Of a DNA stretch of 64,000 nt, positions 37,935 through 50,169 are shown in pieces. Positions within the stretch are counted from its first letter, which is position 1. Every line of letters starts with the position of its first letter. The notes beneath the pieces are model-generated. The model was not told the DNA's origin, did no database searches, and saw only the letters and a list, made by a program, of their open reading frames with translations. Made by a program: the position numbers and the translations under genes. Source of the stretch: Eledone cirrhosa (Eukaryota); contig OZ024742.1 of assembly GCA_964016885.1 (NCBI GenBank), positions 155,806,001 to 155,870,000 of the forward strand, read 5' to 3'.

Positions 37935-39813
37935 TATATAGTTTCGTTGACAAGTATATTAACGTGCATAGGCACGCAGATATATTGCCCTTGGTATGAC
38001 AGAGTGGTTTTAGCTCAATTTAGGATAACTAGTATACTACAGAGCCGTTGTAAGTTTAGGGTACAACCTACTTAAAGCTTTTCAGTATACCAAGCACAAT
38101 TTGACCCCATACAGGCACCTACCCATACTAACTAAAAGGATATAGTTTATAAACATACCCATTGTGGGCTTCTGATAGCACAGCTAAATGGTTTGTCGAA
38201 AGCCCAACAAACTCCGCCGCAGCTATAAGGCGGATGGCTTGGGCACCTGGGGTCCAGATAACCTTGACCTTATGGTGTGAGATAGATACAACATAATACA
38301 GGGAACAATATGAACAAATAGAGTGGACTAAGTGCCACAGTGATCGATCAAACCCTAGAATGAATGGGTAATTGGTCGCTGAAGGGTTTGAATCGAACAA
38401 ATGATTTTCACCCTGGGATATCTAATGAATCCGCCCTTCATGAAGCGAATTGCCTCCCATACTTTTCCTAAGCACACAACCACTTCCTGAGTTTGTATTC
38501 TGACAAACGTTGTGTTACCAGCGTGAGGGTAACTTTTGAAATTGTGGAATATGAATTGTGCTGCAAATATGATGAATTATAGAACCACACACAAAGCAGT
38601 GTGCGGCGGTTGATATTGACTTCCAGCCGACCCAGGAGGGGTTATACCCGACTACCGATTACTACCACCGGATTCAGTAATCCACACGAAACCACGTGGT
38701 GGACATGTAAACAACATAGTTGTAATTAACAGTTTTAGCCGTGAGTTTACTATTTATTCTACAGTACTTGCACACAACAGATATTTTGCACTCACTCTAA
38801 TAAACCCGCTTATTAATGTAACCTTAACTGCTTTTCCTTCACTCTGCCATAGGTAATTCCGTAAGCGGAGTTTTATATATACGCTTTCTGTCTATGCGAC
38901 TGACTAGCCATCAAGGACAGCACTTACTGTAGTATATTCGCATATAGTATGACACTTTAGTTCGATGCCGACTCGGCCATACAGTGTATTTCACTTGGGA
39001 AGTTAGGTTGCGTAACCGAACGTGAGGACTTTGGGAGATAGCAGATATTGCGGACCTGTCTTATTTTCACTTTCTTCACTGGAGTGCCGGCTGTACATGT
39101 ACCCTACTTTGCTTCACCTCATCGTACTTTACTTTATTTTAGATTTAAGGTATTTACTGCAGACTACGTATGTGGAGAAATCCTCTGGGTATATATTTTG
39201 GAAACATATATTATATCGCCTAACGCTTGGACCTGGAACCAATGGATGGAGAGTGTTGGTATGATATGGATAAATCGAACTGTTACAAGGCGATATAACT
39301 GGAGTACACCATCCTTCCTATAGACAACCCTACATGTAAAGCTGTACAACATCTAACTAACTTCTTTTCACGGACTCTTGCTTGCAAGCTTTCAAACACT
39401 GCCTGTACATCATGTATTTGCACTGCTTGTGAATTGATGTGTCCATGATTTTGCTGTTGTTTTTTTTGCTGTTTTTTTATCAAGCTGAGTAAAATCCTCA
39501 CTCATTTCTTGCTATCCTCTCTCAACCTTCTTATCATCTATTGCACCATTTATGTGATAACATTTAGATGTAATTTTTCATGACATTTTATGACATTATG
39601 TGCGTCATGTATTGCGTGTTTTTCTATATAGCGCTGGCCTTGGGACCCCTTACTTGTCCATTAACCTTGTTCAGGTGGCTGCACTTGAAGGAGCCTGCAA
39701 GCTTTAATATATTTTTGTTTATAAGGTCTAATGATGCCTGTCATAGGGTATAGATGAAACGCTGTTAGCAAATAAAATAATGTATTTCTAAGCACTCTTT
39801 GGTTATTCCTAAA

Positions 39814-39878
<65 letters not shown>

Positions 39879-39899
39879 ATATATATATATATATATATA

Positions 39900-41395
39900 T
39901 AGGAACCAGTAAGACCCCGACGGCTGAGCTCAAGCCGTTTCGACGGCTAGTTCTGGACTAAACGAAAATGTATCCTGGTATTTAAATAGCCGATCTTCTC
40001 AAGGAGTCATTCCATATATGGTCAAAGTGATTGTCAAAAGTCAGTAGTAATTCTGTGATTGCAAATTAGTAGGGAGATAGTGGCTAAACCTGCCTGTAAG
40101 ACAAAGAGGGGCGGGGGTGGAGTAGACCCAATCAAGCGTTGGTAGTGCCGGCTACAGCTGGGCATGAGGTCAAAGAAGATACTGGGGAGGGGGAGGGGGA
40201 GGAAGTCGGAACGGTAGGTAGAACAATGAGGGGTAAAAATATATATGAAAGAAAAAATACTGAGAGTGAAGAAAAGCGAATAAGTGTAAAGAAAAAAGTA
40301 AAGCAAGTTCTACGACCTAACTCTCTAGCTATTGTTAGGCTAGATAAATAAATAAATAAATAAAGAAAGAAGTAAAGAAAGAAAGACAGAAATAACGAAA
40401 TAAGTAAATGAACTAGGTGGGACGGAATAGGCAAGGACCCTTTTAAGAGGTATAAGTACGTAAATCATACGGTGACAAGTCAACAAATGGGGCCAACATA
40501 CTAAAGAGACTACCACGAAATAAATAATAAAGGTTTCTATCCCGGGCGCAATGCCAGCAACCACCCAGTGCAGCAAAGTAAACTAGTACGAGATAATAAT
40601 TCTGAGTCCCGAAAAAAATATATACTAATGCTAACTCTAAAAGATCTTAAACAAGGTACATGAAAGTTCGTACGAAGTAAAGGTAGAATACGGAAAAATA
40701 AATTCAGAATCCACCCCGCCCAAAAGAAAAGCGAAGAAAGAAATACTGAAACGAGAAAATAAGGCATAAGTGCCACTAAGAAATATAGAAGGCACGGAAA
40801 ATAGTAGGAGCGGTCGGAAAAAGGGAGCAAGTATCCCGGGTCTAAAACGACTGCTATAAAAGGCGGAGTCCGCCAAATCTATCATAGACTAGGGGAGGGG
40901 GTGGGGGTACTAAGGCTACAAGGGGCCAAAGGGCAGCCTCGAGTGGGCGAGAAAAGACGCCGACAAAGAAAAAGAGCTGGGGTAGAAGGACTAAGGAGGG
41001 ATGGGGGAAAGGAAATAAAGGAAGCGATAAAAGAATAAAAAGATCTTACGTCTCCCTTGGCAAGCAGGGGTTACCAATTGCAAAATCGGCAAGTGGGGTG
41101 TTATAGCCCTAGTCTACCCCCCCCTCCCCGGTCATTATGGGGTTTGAGGGCGAGGTAAGTCCTACGCAATCTATGTTTACATGCAGTAACCAATTCATCT
41201 TTCTTGTTTAGGAGTTGGTCCGTCGAAAACAGCATTTGTAAAGTTTCCTCCGAGCATAAATTGCACGGACGGCGTCCTCCCGTGTAAGAATTGGCTCTGG
41301 ACAGTAATCTCCAAGTGAGATCATAGGTGATGTTGTTGTCCTTGAGGTCCCATATGTGGCCCGAAAGTGTAGTGGCGTGACGCCGGGCCGGATTT
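39900..41395 (-). mobile_element. Naiad-type PLE (family C) 3' portion
   Basis: Reverse-complement homology to 16915-18262. Confidence 0.88.
39913..40008 (-). ncRNA. Type I hammerhead ribozyme with U3-A8 core and long palindromic stem III
   Basis: gactcc TTGAGAA gatcggcta...tagccgtc GAAA cggc t tgagctca gccg TC ggggtc. Confidence 0.8.
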
Positions 41396-41940
41396 ACCTA
41401 CAAATCTCCGCCCCCGAATCCCTTGATCTCACCCTTCGAGAATGACCTCTTCCAACTGGTCAAGAACATTAAATTTAAACCCAAACACAACCGATTCCTA
41501 CAAAAACTCCGTAGCAACTTAACAGGGTATGATAACACCAATGACATCTTGGTGCATTCGGATAAAACAGGGAACCTATACTTTGTCAACCCTGACAGAT
41601 ACCACACACTGATCAGGAGCAGCCTAAACTCCACCTATAAAAAGGCCAACCACTCTTGCATCGAGGACATAAATCGAGATGGACAACAAATTACCTCCAG
41701 CCTCGTGGTTGCCGACCGCACGGAACCTCTAGACCCACGGACACCATACTTCACACTGAAGGACCATAAATCCGATTTTGACCGTAAACCCTCTATCAGG
41801 CTTATTAACCCAACAAAGTCCGACATAGGGAGAATCAGCAAAATATCCTAGACCGCGTGATACCAAAAGTTAAGCAACACGCCCGACTTTGCCTATGGAA
41901 ACACCCAGGAAGTAATCTCTTCGTTCAGCAATATGGAGTA
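41396..41940 (+). pseudogene. Inverted N-terminal RT fragment of a Naiad-type PLE
   Basis: FENDL, HSDKTGNLY, TLKDHK, IRLINPTKSDIGRISK. Confidence 0.88.
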
Positions 41941-42079
41941 TAAACGATTGAATTTTACTTGTTCTGCTTATCTTAATATTAAAGTTCTGGTGTATCAAAT
42001 TAATACCATTGAACAACCTTGAATCATAGACAACCTATGTATTTCTGGGGGTACCTAGTATCCCTGGACATATTAACTT

Positions 42080-42130
<51 letters not shown>

Positions 42131-42136
<6 letters not shown>

Positions 42137-42690
42137 TTGGTGCTCTGAAATAGCGATATATATATGAATGTATATATCGTGTATTTTGCAATACACTGTA
42201 TGCAAAAAAAAATGATAAGCACCAAAAAGTGCGAAACAGAGCTATGTCAGCTTTATCTCCCTTGTTTGCTGAAAATTAAAGTAAGTGAGACTGTCACTAC
42301 TCTAAAACAATAGCTTCGAAATGCTTTTAATTAAGCATACAGTTTATTGCAAAATACACTATATATACATTCATATATATATATCGCTATTTCAGAGCAC
42401 CAATTCTAATTTTCAATTTCTGCTTGACCGGCAACCGCTCTGTATAATCAGTTCCTGATTATTACTAGAATTCTATAAGAATCCAACATTCATGATTTTC
42501 GGCAAACAGGCGGAGTACTTAGCTTTGATAAGCACCAACGGGTGCGAAACAGAGCTCTGTCAGCTTTATCTCCCTTGTTTGCTGAAAATTAAAATAAGTG
42601 AGACTGTCACTACTCTAAAACAATAGCGTAAGGTCTTCGTAATGCTTTTAATTAAGCATACAGTGTATTGCAAAATGCACTATATATAAA
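42131..42690 (+). mobile_element. Retrozyme/pLTR-like tandem with 5' inversion; 313-nt hammerhead-to-hammerhead unit
   Basis: 42213-42370 repeats at 42526-42690; 42131-42203 is inverted relative to 42335-42410. (TA)n on both sides. Confidence 0.8.
42521..42565 (+). ncRNA. Type I hammerhead ribozyme with U3-A8 core
   Basis: agct TTGATAA gcacc aacg ggtgc GAAA CAGAGCTCTG TC agct; partial copy at 42213-42252. Confidence 0.8.
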
Positions 42691-42710
42691 TTCATATATA
42701 TATATATATA

Positions 42711-42780
<70 letters not shown>

Positions 42781-42783
<3 letters not shown>

Positions 42784-43070
42784 AAAAAAAGATGAAATCA
42801 AAAATGCAACTGGAGACTTGTTTTTTTTTAAAATATACATATTTGTTTGGTTCCTTTACCGCTTTCGCATTTCTTCTACTTTTTCAAAAGTAGAGTTGAG
42901 ATGGAGGGTCTGTGGTTTTTCTCACCTCTGAGAAAGACCACAAACCCTCCATCTCAACTCTACTTTTGAAAAGCAGAAGAACAGCGAAACCGGTAAAGGA
43001 ACCAAATAAATATATATATATTTGTTTAAATAAGACTCCAGTGCATTTTCGATTTCATCTTTTTTTTTTA
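42781..43070. repeat. Fold-back inverted repeat (~143-bp imperfect arms, loop 42925-42928)
   Basis: ...gtagagttgagatggaggg..tttctca cctc tgagaaa..ccctccatctcaactctac... Confidence 0.92.
42961..43000 (+). ncRNA. Minimal hammerhead motif with U3-A8 core (mirror copy at 42852-42892, minus strand)
   Basis: tactt TTGAAAA gc agaagaaca gc GAAA CCGG TA aagga. Confidence 0.6.
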
Positions 43071-43127
43071 ATACTTTCACTGATGTAGGGCACATCGGTT
43101 ATTTTTCATTTTGTAAAAAAGCCTCAC

Positions 43128-43202
<75 letters not shown>

Positions 43203-43402
43203 TTTATATGTAATAATCTCCCGTTTGGTTGAGATACAAATTTGGCTGTAGTGTGCTGCGCTTTCTAGCAAAAAGCCACCAGCCGTAAGCAACTAACCAC
43301 ATTCCTTCTAACCTGACCGCTGCTACATCACGATCCTTAGCAATTTTTGAATGTATTCTTGGCGCGATCACTTTGGAAAATGTATTGTCTAGATTTGAGC
43401 TA

Positions 43403-43479
43403 ACTTCCTGAAGAGTCCGGTGCTCTAGGTTCCGAAGCTATCGGATATCTTAAAATGCGGACGAAACCATGGTCGACGT
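43403..43479 (+). ncRNA. Type I hammerhead ribozyme
   Basis: acttc CTGAAGA gtccg..[tccga agcta tcgga]..cggac GAAA CCATGG TC gacgt. Confidence 0.85.
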
Positions 43480-44032
43480 AACTAAATGTATTCACTTTTC
43501 TCCTAGTCTATTTTACACCTAATTCTGTTTATATCTGGGCGATTACGCTGTCGAAATATTCGATAAATATTCCGTCGCAGTCGGCGCGAAGGGCTGGTTT
43601 CGGTTATTTGTTGGAGATTTCTTCATAGAAGCCTTATTCTTATAGCTTGGTCTATTCGATTTTTATATGGTTCATTGTGCTAATTGGGAGAGGAAATAGT
43701 ATATATTTTATCTGGTGATTCTATAGACACCTTTTATGATATATAGCTATGATTATTTAATTTATTAACTTTTCATTGAGCCACAAAGTGACCCGTTGCA
43801 AAACACGTATATATATCTATATATATGTAAACCTTTATACGTAATAATCTCCCGTTTGGTTGAGATACAAATTTGGCTTTAGTGTGCTGCGCATTCTAGC
43901 AAAAAGCCACAAGCCGTAAGCAACTAACCACATTTCTTCTAACCTGACCGATGCTACGTCACGATTCTTAGCCATTTTTGAATGTATTTTTGCGCGATCA
44001 CTTTTGAAAATTTATTGTCTAAATGTGAGCTA

Positions 44033-44109
44033 ACTTCCTGAAGAGTCCGGTGCTCTAGGTTCCGAAGCTATCGGATATCTTAAAATGCGGACGAAACCAT
44101 GGTCGAGGT
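44033..44109 (+). ncRNA. Type I hammerhead ribozyme
   Basis: acttc CTGAAGA gtccg...cggac GAAA CCATGG TC gaggt; canonical GUC site at 44102-44104. Confidence 0.9.
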
Positions 44110-44393
44110 AACTAAATGTGTTCACTTTTCTCCTAGTTTATTTTACACCTAATTCTGTTTAATTGACTGTATATCTGGTCGATTACGCTGTCGAAATATT
44201 CGATAAATATTCCGTCGCAGCCGGCGCGAAGGGCTGGTTTAGGTTATTTGTTGGAGATTTCTTCATAGAAGCCTTATTCTTATAGCTTGGTCTATTCAAT
44301 TTATTATATGGTTAATTGTGCTAATTGGGAGAGGAAATAGTATATATTTTACCTGGTGATTCTATAGACATGTTTTATGATAGACATGTTCTA

Positions 44394-44437
<44 letters not shown>

Positions 44438-44719
44438 TATCGAACAGCAGAAACGCTCTTTAATACCCAATGATTCCTTGCTGTATGAACATTATATACA
44501 GTGGATTGGTAGAAAAAATAGCCTAAAAAGTATATATAGTGGATGGGCTAGAAATAATGCCCTAATACACACAACTTATAAGCTCACCTAGGAAGCGAGC
44601 GCAAATATAAATAAAAGTTAGAGTTAATAACTCATACTGATAATCTGTAATTAACAAGCTCAAAGTATATATACTCCGTAATTAAGTGGTTTAACTCCTT
44701 TAATCCAAAAAAGCGAAGT

Positions 44720-46420
44720 TTACACAGTTTGACATTGTCGATTTTTACCCATCGATCTCAGAGACCCCGTTAAACAAAGCGTTGGACTTCGCTACCACTT
44801 ATACCACCGTCGATGGTTTAGACAGGGAAATCATCGCTCACTGCCGGAAAACCCTCCTCTTCCACGACGGAGTAGCCTGTGCAAAGATGTCTACATATTC
44901 AGACCTGTTCGACGCCTCCATGGGATCGTTTGACAGTGCTGACGTATGTGACTTGGTTGGCCTTTTTATCTTAGACATATTACGTGTTAGATTCCCGGAC
45001 TTCCACACGGTAATATACCGTGACGATGGACTGACTTTATCGAGCCATAAAAGTGGTCACGACCTCGACCGGTTTAAAAAAGACTTAGCTTCTACCTTCA
45101 ATGAGTTAGGCCTTAGGATAACAGTAGCCACCAACCTCTCTAGCGTGGATTTCTTAGACATTAATTTAGAACTTCGCACACACACCCACAGACACTTCCA
45201 TAAGCTAAACGAGAAACTCAATTACATTCACAAGGACTCATGCCACATCCCACTGCTTTTAAAAACTTCGTTAAGAATATCAGTACTAGAATATCAAACC
45301 TCTCCTCTAATAAGGCTATCTTTGAGAGGGCGGCACCCTACTATAACACGGCGTTGGCTAACAGCGGCTTCTCACAACCTATCACCTACTCTCCCACTAG
45401 CAACAACACCATTAAAAAAAGTATGCGCATCAATAGACAAACTATCTGGTTCTCTCCTCCCTTCTCACTCAACGTTAAAACCAATATAGGAAAATAATTC
45501 CTAGCCCTCTTAGATAGACACTTCCCCATGGGTCATAAATACCGCTCCATCTTTAACCGACACAAAGTTAAACTAGGATACTCCTGCGCTCAGAACATGA
45601 GGGCCCACATCACCAACAGCCCTATGAGCAACACCCCACCAGGGTGCTCTTGCCGTAAGCCAGAAGCTTGGCCCCTCCAACAACAATACAACACACCAGC
45701 TGTAATCTATGAAGCTGTGGTCACTTCCAACCGAACAAACGAATCACAGGAGGTCAAATCCTATGTGGGCATGGCGGAGGGCCAATTCAAGGAGCGTTTC
45801 CTGAACCACCAGTCTACCTTCAGATACCCGCACAGACGTTCATCCACGAAACTTGCAAGCCGCCTATGGTCCCTCAAGGACTTAAGTATAGGGTACTCCA
45901 TTCAATGGAAAGCCATCACTAAGTCCAAGCCATACGCAAGGGGAAACCGACGTGTGGCTTATGTATTGACGAACGAATAACTATCCTAAAGAGATTACGC
46001 AATAGTGATTGCCTAAAGACGAGGAGGGAATTTTTCACACGTTGTCCACACGTCACCAAACATCTATTACATAACTACAAGGCTCCGGACTGATTCTTTG
46101 TAATTTTATTTTAAATTTTTTATATTTTATTTTCAACCAAAAAACTTTCCTGACTTTCGCAATTATCTCCCTTACACCCCCCGCACGCAGTGTACTATTG
46201 CCTGTGTGAAGTAACCGAGTTTCTGCGCATGCGCGTTCGTACGGTTGTCCTTCCTGTTCCTATAACCATATACATCCCGAGCTGAAGATCCGCGAAGGTG
46301 AAACAATTGTTCTCGGAATGGTGAACAAACTGTTGCGTAACCACTTCTATCTAACTCGTCTCTTAGTCTGAGTGCTCTACCACTACGGATATTACCTTCC
46401 AGTGTTCCACCACTATATAT
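44720..46420 (+). mobile_element. 5'-truncated Naiad-type PLE (family D)
   Basis: FDIVDFYPSISE, MGSFDSA, YRDDGL, VDFLDI, CSCRKPEAWPL, VIYEA..YVGMAEGQFKERF. Confidence 0.92.
46277..46316 (+). ncRNA. Minimal type I hammerhead ribozyme
   Basis: ccgag CTGAAGA t cc gcgaa gg t GAAA CAATTG TT ctcgg. Confidence 0.85.
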
Positions 46421-46423
46421 ATT

Positions 46424-46640
46424 CCAGTTCCTCAGTGAAATAATAAACTAACCAGGAACTGGGCATATCAGAGTATTGACAATATTATACACCTCAACAA
46501 AATATGTACTTGTCTATACCATACTAATTCAAACTGCCACAAGAGGTCACAGCCAAAGATGGATGTCACTGAAATATATATAGCAGTAATAAACGAAGCT
46601 AAATTTTAAACATTTGACTTTTTATTTAACTTTATTTTAT
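46424..46640 (+). repeat. Solo copy of the 56404-56786 pLTR-like family, hammerhead core decayed (CACAAGA)
   Basis: Near-identical to 56625-56786. Confidence 0.8.
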
Positions 46641-47429
46641 ATATATATATATATACAACACACTCTTCACTATTTATCGTAGGAACAAACATAGAAGACA
46701 GCTCATATACGAGTTTAATGTATGTAAACGTATATTTAAAGTCAAAATTTAGTCTAAACTATTTACTGATAAAATGAATAACACTTGAATGTTTTAAATA
46801 GCAATTGACCTCAGCTGGTCAAATTAAAATTGCGCATTAACGTTTAGGAATCGTTCATGATTCTGCAACCTGTTTATTACAGATACGACTCCACATCATT
46901 CAACACATCACATCACTCCAATTCTAAAAAAAAAAAGAAGAAAAAAGTGAAGAAAAAACTGAATAGATTTTACACTTTCGCAGCGTGGCTTTTTTTTTAT
47001 TTTTTTATAAATGATACGATAGAATATATGTGTCATGACAACCCAAGTATTGTAACCAACTTAAAAAAAGGACCCCTTTAAATATCAATTCTCTACATGA
47101 TATTCGTTTTAACTGACTGGTGAGAATTGGCGATCTTACCAGACAGAGTGCATGGAAAATACACATACACTGATAAATGAAAATACACAGAAGGACATAC
47201 ATAAAAAAAAAGCAACATTCCTGTTTCGCATTGAGGGAATGATCTAGTACCATTTTCGTAGCCACAACGTTGGATGCAATGCCATACCTACTCGCCTCGT
47301 TAGTTTAACTACTGACTCGCCCTCAGTTTTATTTTTTCTAAAGCTATCAATCCTACTCTAATCACTCTGTTGAGTGCACACCACCACCTGTTGTTTACGA
47401 CGGATACTGTCAACAGTTGCTTAACTAAC

Positions 47430-48900
47430 TTGCTAATCCTGACTCTGTCTGCGTTTCCTTTTTTGGGCGAACTTGCATATCACACACTTGTAGTCTGAAT
47501 AGGTGACCTGTAGAATTCTGGACTTCCTATCGACTAACCCAATGAAATACCTATCTAAGTACAATCTAGATGTCCCTAAATGGTTTGACCAGGTCCATGT
47601 GGTAGCATTCAGGAAATCTAGTCGGTACCTGTTAGACAGTTGGAAATGTCTGATCACGTGCATGAAGATTTTACGCACCATGCATCTACATGCTCCTCCC
47701 ATACAGTTGTAGCGTGTATCTAAGATGCCGTTCCCGTCCCCTTGCTAACACTAAAGGGCGATACGTTCCCCGAAAGGTATTCAGACGCCTAAAGAAATCA
47801 GACCGTCCAACTCCGTTCGGGGTGTAGACAGCCAACAGTCGAAAAGCACCCTCTTCGCTGCTGCTCATTGCAGGAGCATCAATCTACTGTCTGGTTCTAC
47901 GAGGATCATCCGTACCTCGAGAACCAAGCATTTCCTAAACACCATTGCCACTCGATTCAACTAATCTCGGTTCGACTAATAAACGCATAGATATGAAATT
48001 TGTCGAGGATCGGAGTGCGCGCGAGTCGGAATCATGATCTCGTTGAAGGCTGTCACAACCATTGCTAGTTGAGTAAGCGGCCTTGCTTCCAGCAGAACGC
48101 CAGACCACGTACATTGATGCAACCTCCAACTAGCACAGCCGTGTCGGCGGGAAAGAAAAAAAAGTTAAAAAGGAAAAGTGGGGGATTATTTACTATCAAT
48201 GTGCCTTTGGTGGTCTTGTGCTTCGGCCTCCATTTCTTGTTGACGTTCATTTGGGAACACCTTTAAAAGCCTACTCGAGGCTTTCACACTAGTTGGGCTA
48301 TACTCACCTCTCTCAACCCTATTTCAGCAAACTTATCGGTGCAGGGGGGGGGGGGGGGCGTTTTCATCTCCGCACTCTTTAAGTGAAACGTAAAAAATTT
48401 AACCAAAAATTTAACCAAAGAAACCACTTTTCTTCAAACCTTTCAAAGCCTTCCATCGCAACGATCTCTTTTACTGTGCCCCCAGAGAGATAAAAGCTGC
48501 ATGTCCTTCCCAGCTAAATGAAGGTGGGGCGATGTTCGACATAAACGCACTAGTCAGCAAAGCTCACACACTGAAAAAGGTTGTGAAGGAAAACTCCCTC
48601 AGTCTGCGTATAACTCTGACAGGCCTGGCTGTTAGGAATTCCATTTCTGTAGAATTTATATCGAACTGGCAACGATTCTCTGAAGCACTGCCAGACCAGA
48701 GAAATAGTGTTTTAAACATGAGCGTTTGACCGAAAGTCCTCCGGAAAAAAATAGCTAGTTGATTTCTGTCGACGCAAAGAATCCCCCCAAAACGCCTTCA
48801 CATTTAGAAATAAGAGTAACATTTTCAAGGGTCTTATTTCCTGATTGGCGGAGGGCTGTGAGCGCTTAAAGAGCTTCCAATCTCCAAGCGATCTCCCTCG
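47430..48900 (-). mobile_element. Degraded Tx1/L1-like LINE fragment (5' region and endonuclease)
   Basis: GCINVRGL, AFRLLAVYTP, RYRLDF..WTWSN..YLDR..YSDYK; homologous to 60540-61360. Confidence 0.8.
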
Positions 48901-48949
48901 GTATTCGTTTAACCTAGGATTGCAGCTCTGTCAAAGAAACCAGGTATGG

Positions 48950-49500
48950 AAACAGTTGTCTAGCAAACGACTACACCTGTTAACCGTTATGGAAAAGCTC
49001 CAGATGACATGACCTCAGCGAAAGCGTGTGCATCATAAGCCATACATGTGGTGTTGCCAGCGATTGGACCGTCTTCTCATTTGCACGCTTCCCTTACACA
49101 AATAGTACGATAGTCAGGCGGTAGCAGATGACTGATTTTATGTACTTGTTGGCCACGACTAGTCGATATATGAGAGATAGCATCCTTTAGGGACATATGT
49201 TGGTAAGAGTGGCCAAACTCCTCCAACTTCCTGCCAGTTTTTGTCTATTTGGATATTTCGGATCAAACCAGACTCCCGAGCAGTTTAACCGGGTCGCACA
49301 TCCAGGACAGGATGACGCTGTTGGATGACATGGACAACAATTTTCGTTCTCTCCTAAGAGCAAGCTCATTATCTCTGACAACTCAGCCTTCGTGCTTGGC
49401 GTTGAATAATTGTTTGAGGGTCATTAGCGCCACTAATACGTCGGTCGCAATGCTTCTTTGAGCTTTCTCGTTACCACTCCCTCTAATCTAAATTTCTCTA
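48950..49500 (-). mobile_element. Degraded Tx1/L1-like RT C-terminal fragment
   Basis: PVKLLGVWFDPNIQIDKNW matches GPVKFLGVWFVPDLNVDKNW near 59100. Confidence 0.7.
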
Positions 49501-50169
49501 TTATTATGTCTTTATTTAACCTTATCGATTCTATTCTAATCAAATTTCTGTAATTTTCACGCACCCGGAAGAACGCGCCTGTGAAGCCTATTAAAATCGA
49601 CTACAGAATTTAAAGATTCGTGGTCGACTACTTTGAAGGTTGGACAATTTATACACGCCTAATCTACTACCCTACAAAATACCTGAGGTATCTGGGAGAT
49701 ATGAGGTTCGATTAATCGTAGCAGAATATGGCAACTTCTCTCTTTTTTATTGTCTGTGAAGACTTTTACACAATTTTATAAACTATTTAATAGCATCTCC
49801 GCCTATGAGCACAAGATAATTTCTATTAACTTTATCCTCCCAGTTCTTCATAAAATCCGAAAATTTACTAAGTTTGTTTGCTTTTAAAAGCCGAGATTCA
49901 GCTACAAAATTTAAGAAGGTGATAGTTGTGAAGGTTCTTTGGATTAATGGTTCAAAACACTCCACCAGTAACTGGAATAATGATAATGATACGAAAATCA
50001 TAAAAAAATACATCATCATATCTCCTGACTATATTTCTCGGTAGTCATACACGCTGACATGTCTTCCAATATAATTATACATGAATTCGAAACAAATGTT
50101 ATGATATAGTACGACATGTGTCTTCTAAAATGTTCACACATTGATTAACTGAGTGGATAAACTATTCAC

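Larger units (their letters stand above)
43196..44398 (+). mobile_element. Non-coding tandem dimer of a 630-nt hammerhead-containing unit (retrozyme/pLTR-like)
   Basis: 43196-43745 repeats at 43827-44398; no ORF in the track; (TA)n on both sides. Confidence 0.88.

Noticed and set aside
38950-39450. Possible very old LINE 3' fragment
   Set aside because: Only faint motif similarity; too degraded to call.
39725-39770. CTAATGA...GAAACGCTGTT hammerhead-like string
   Set aside because: Core mutated, stem I does not pair and stem III is not palindromic; possibly a decayed HHR.
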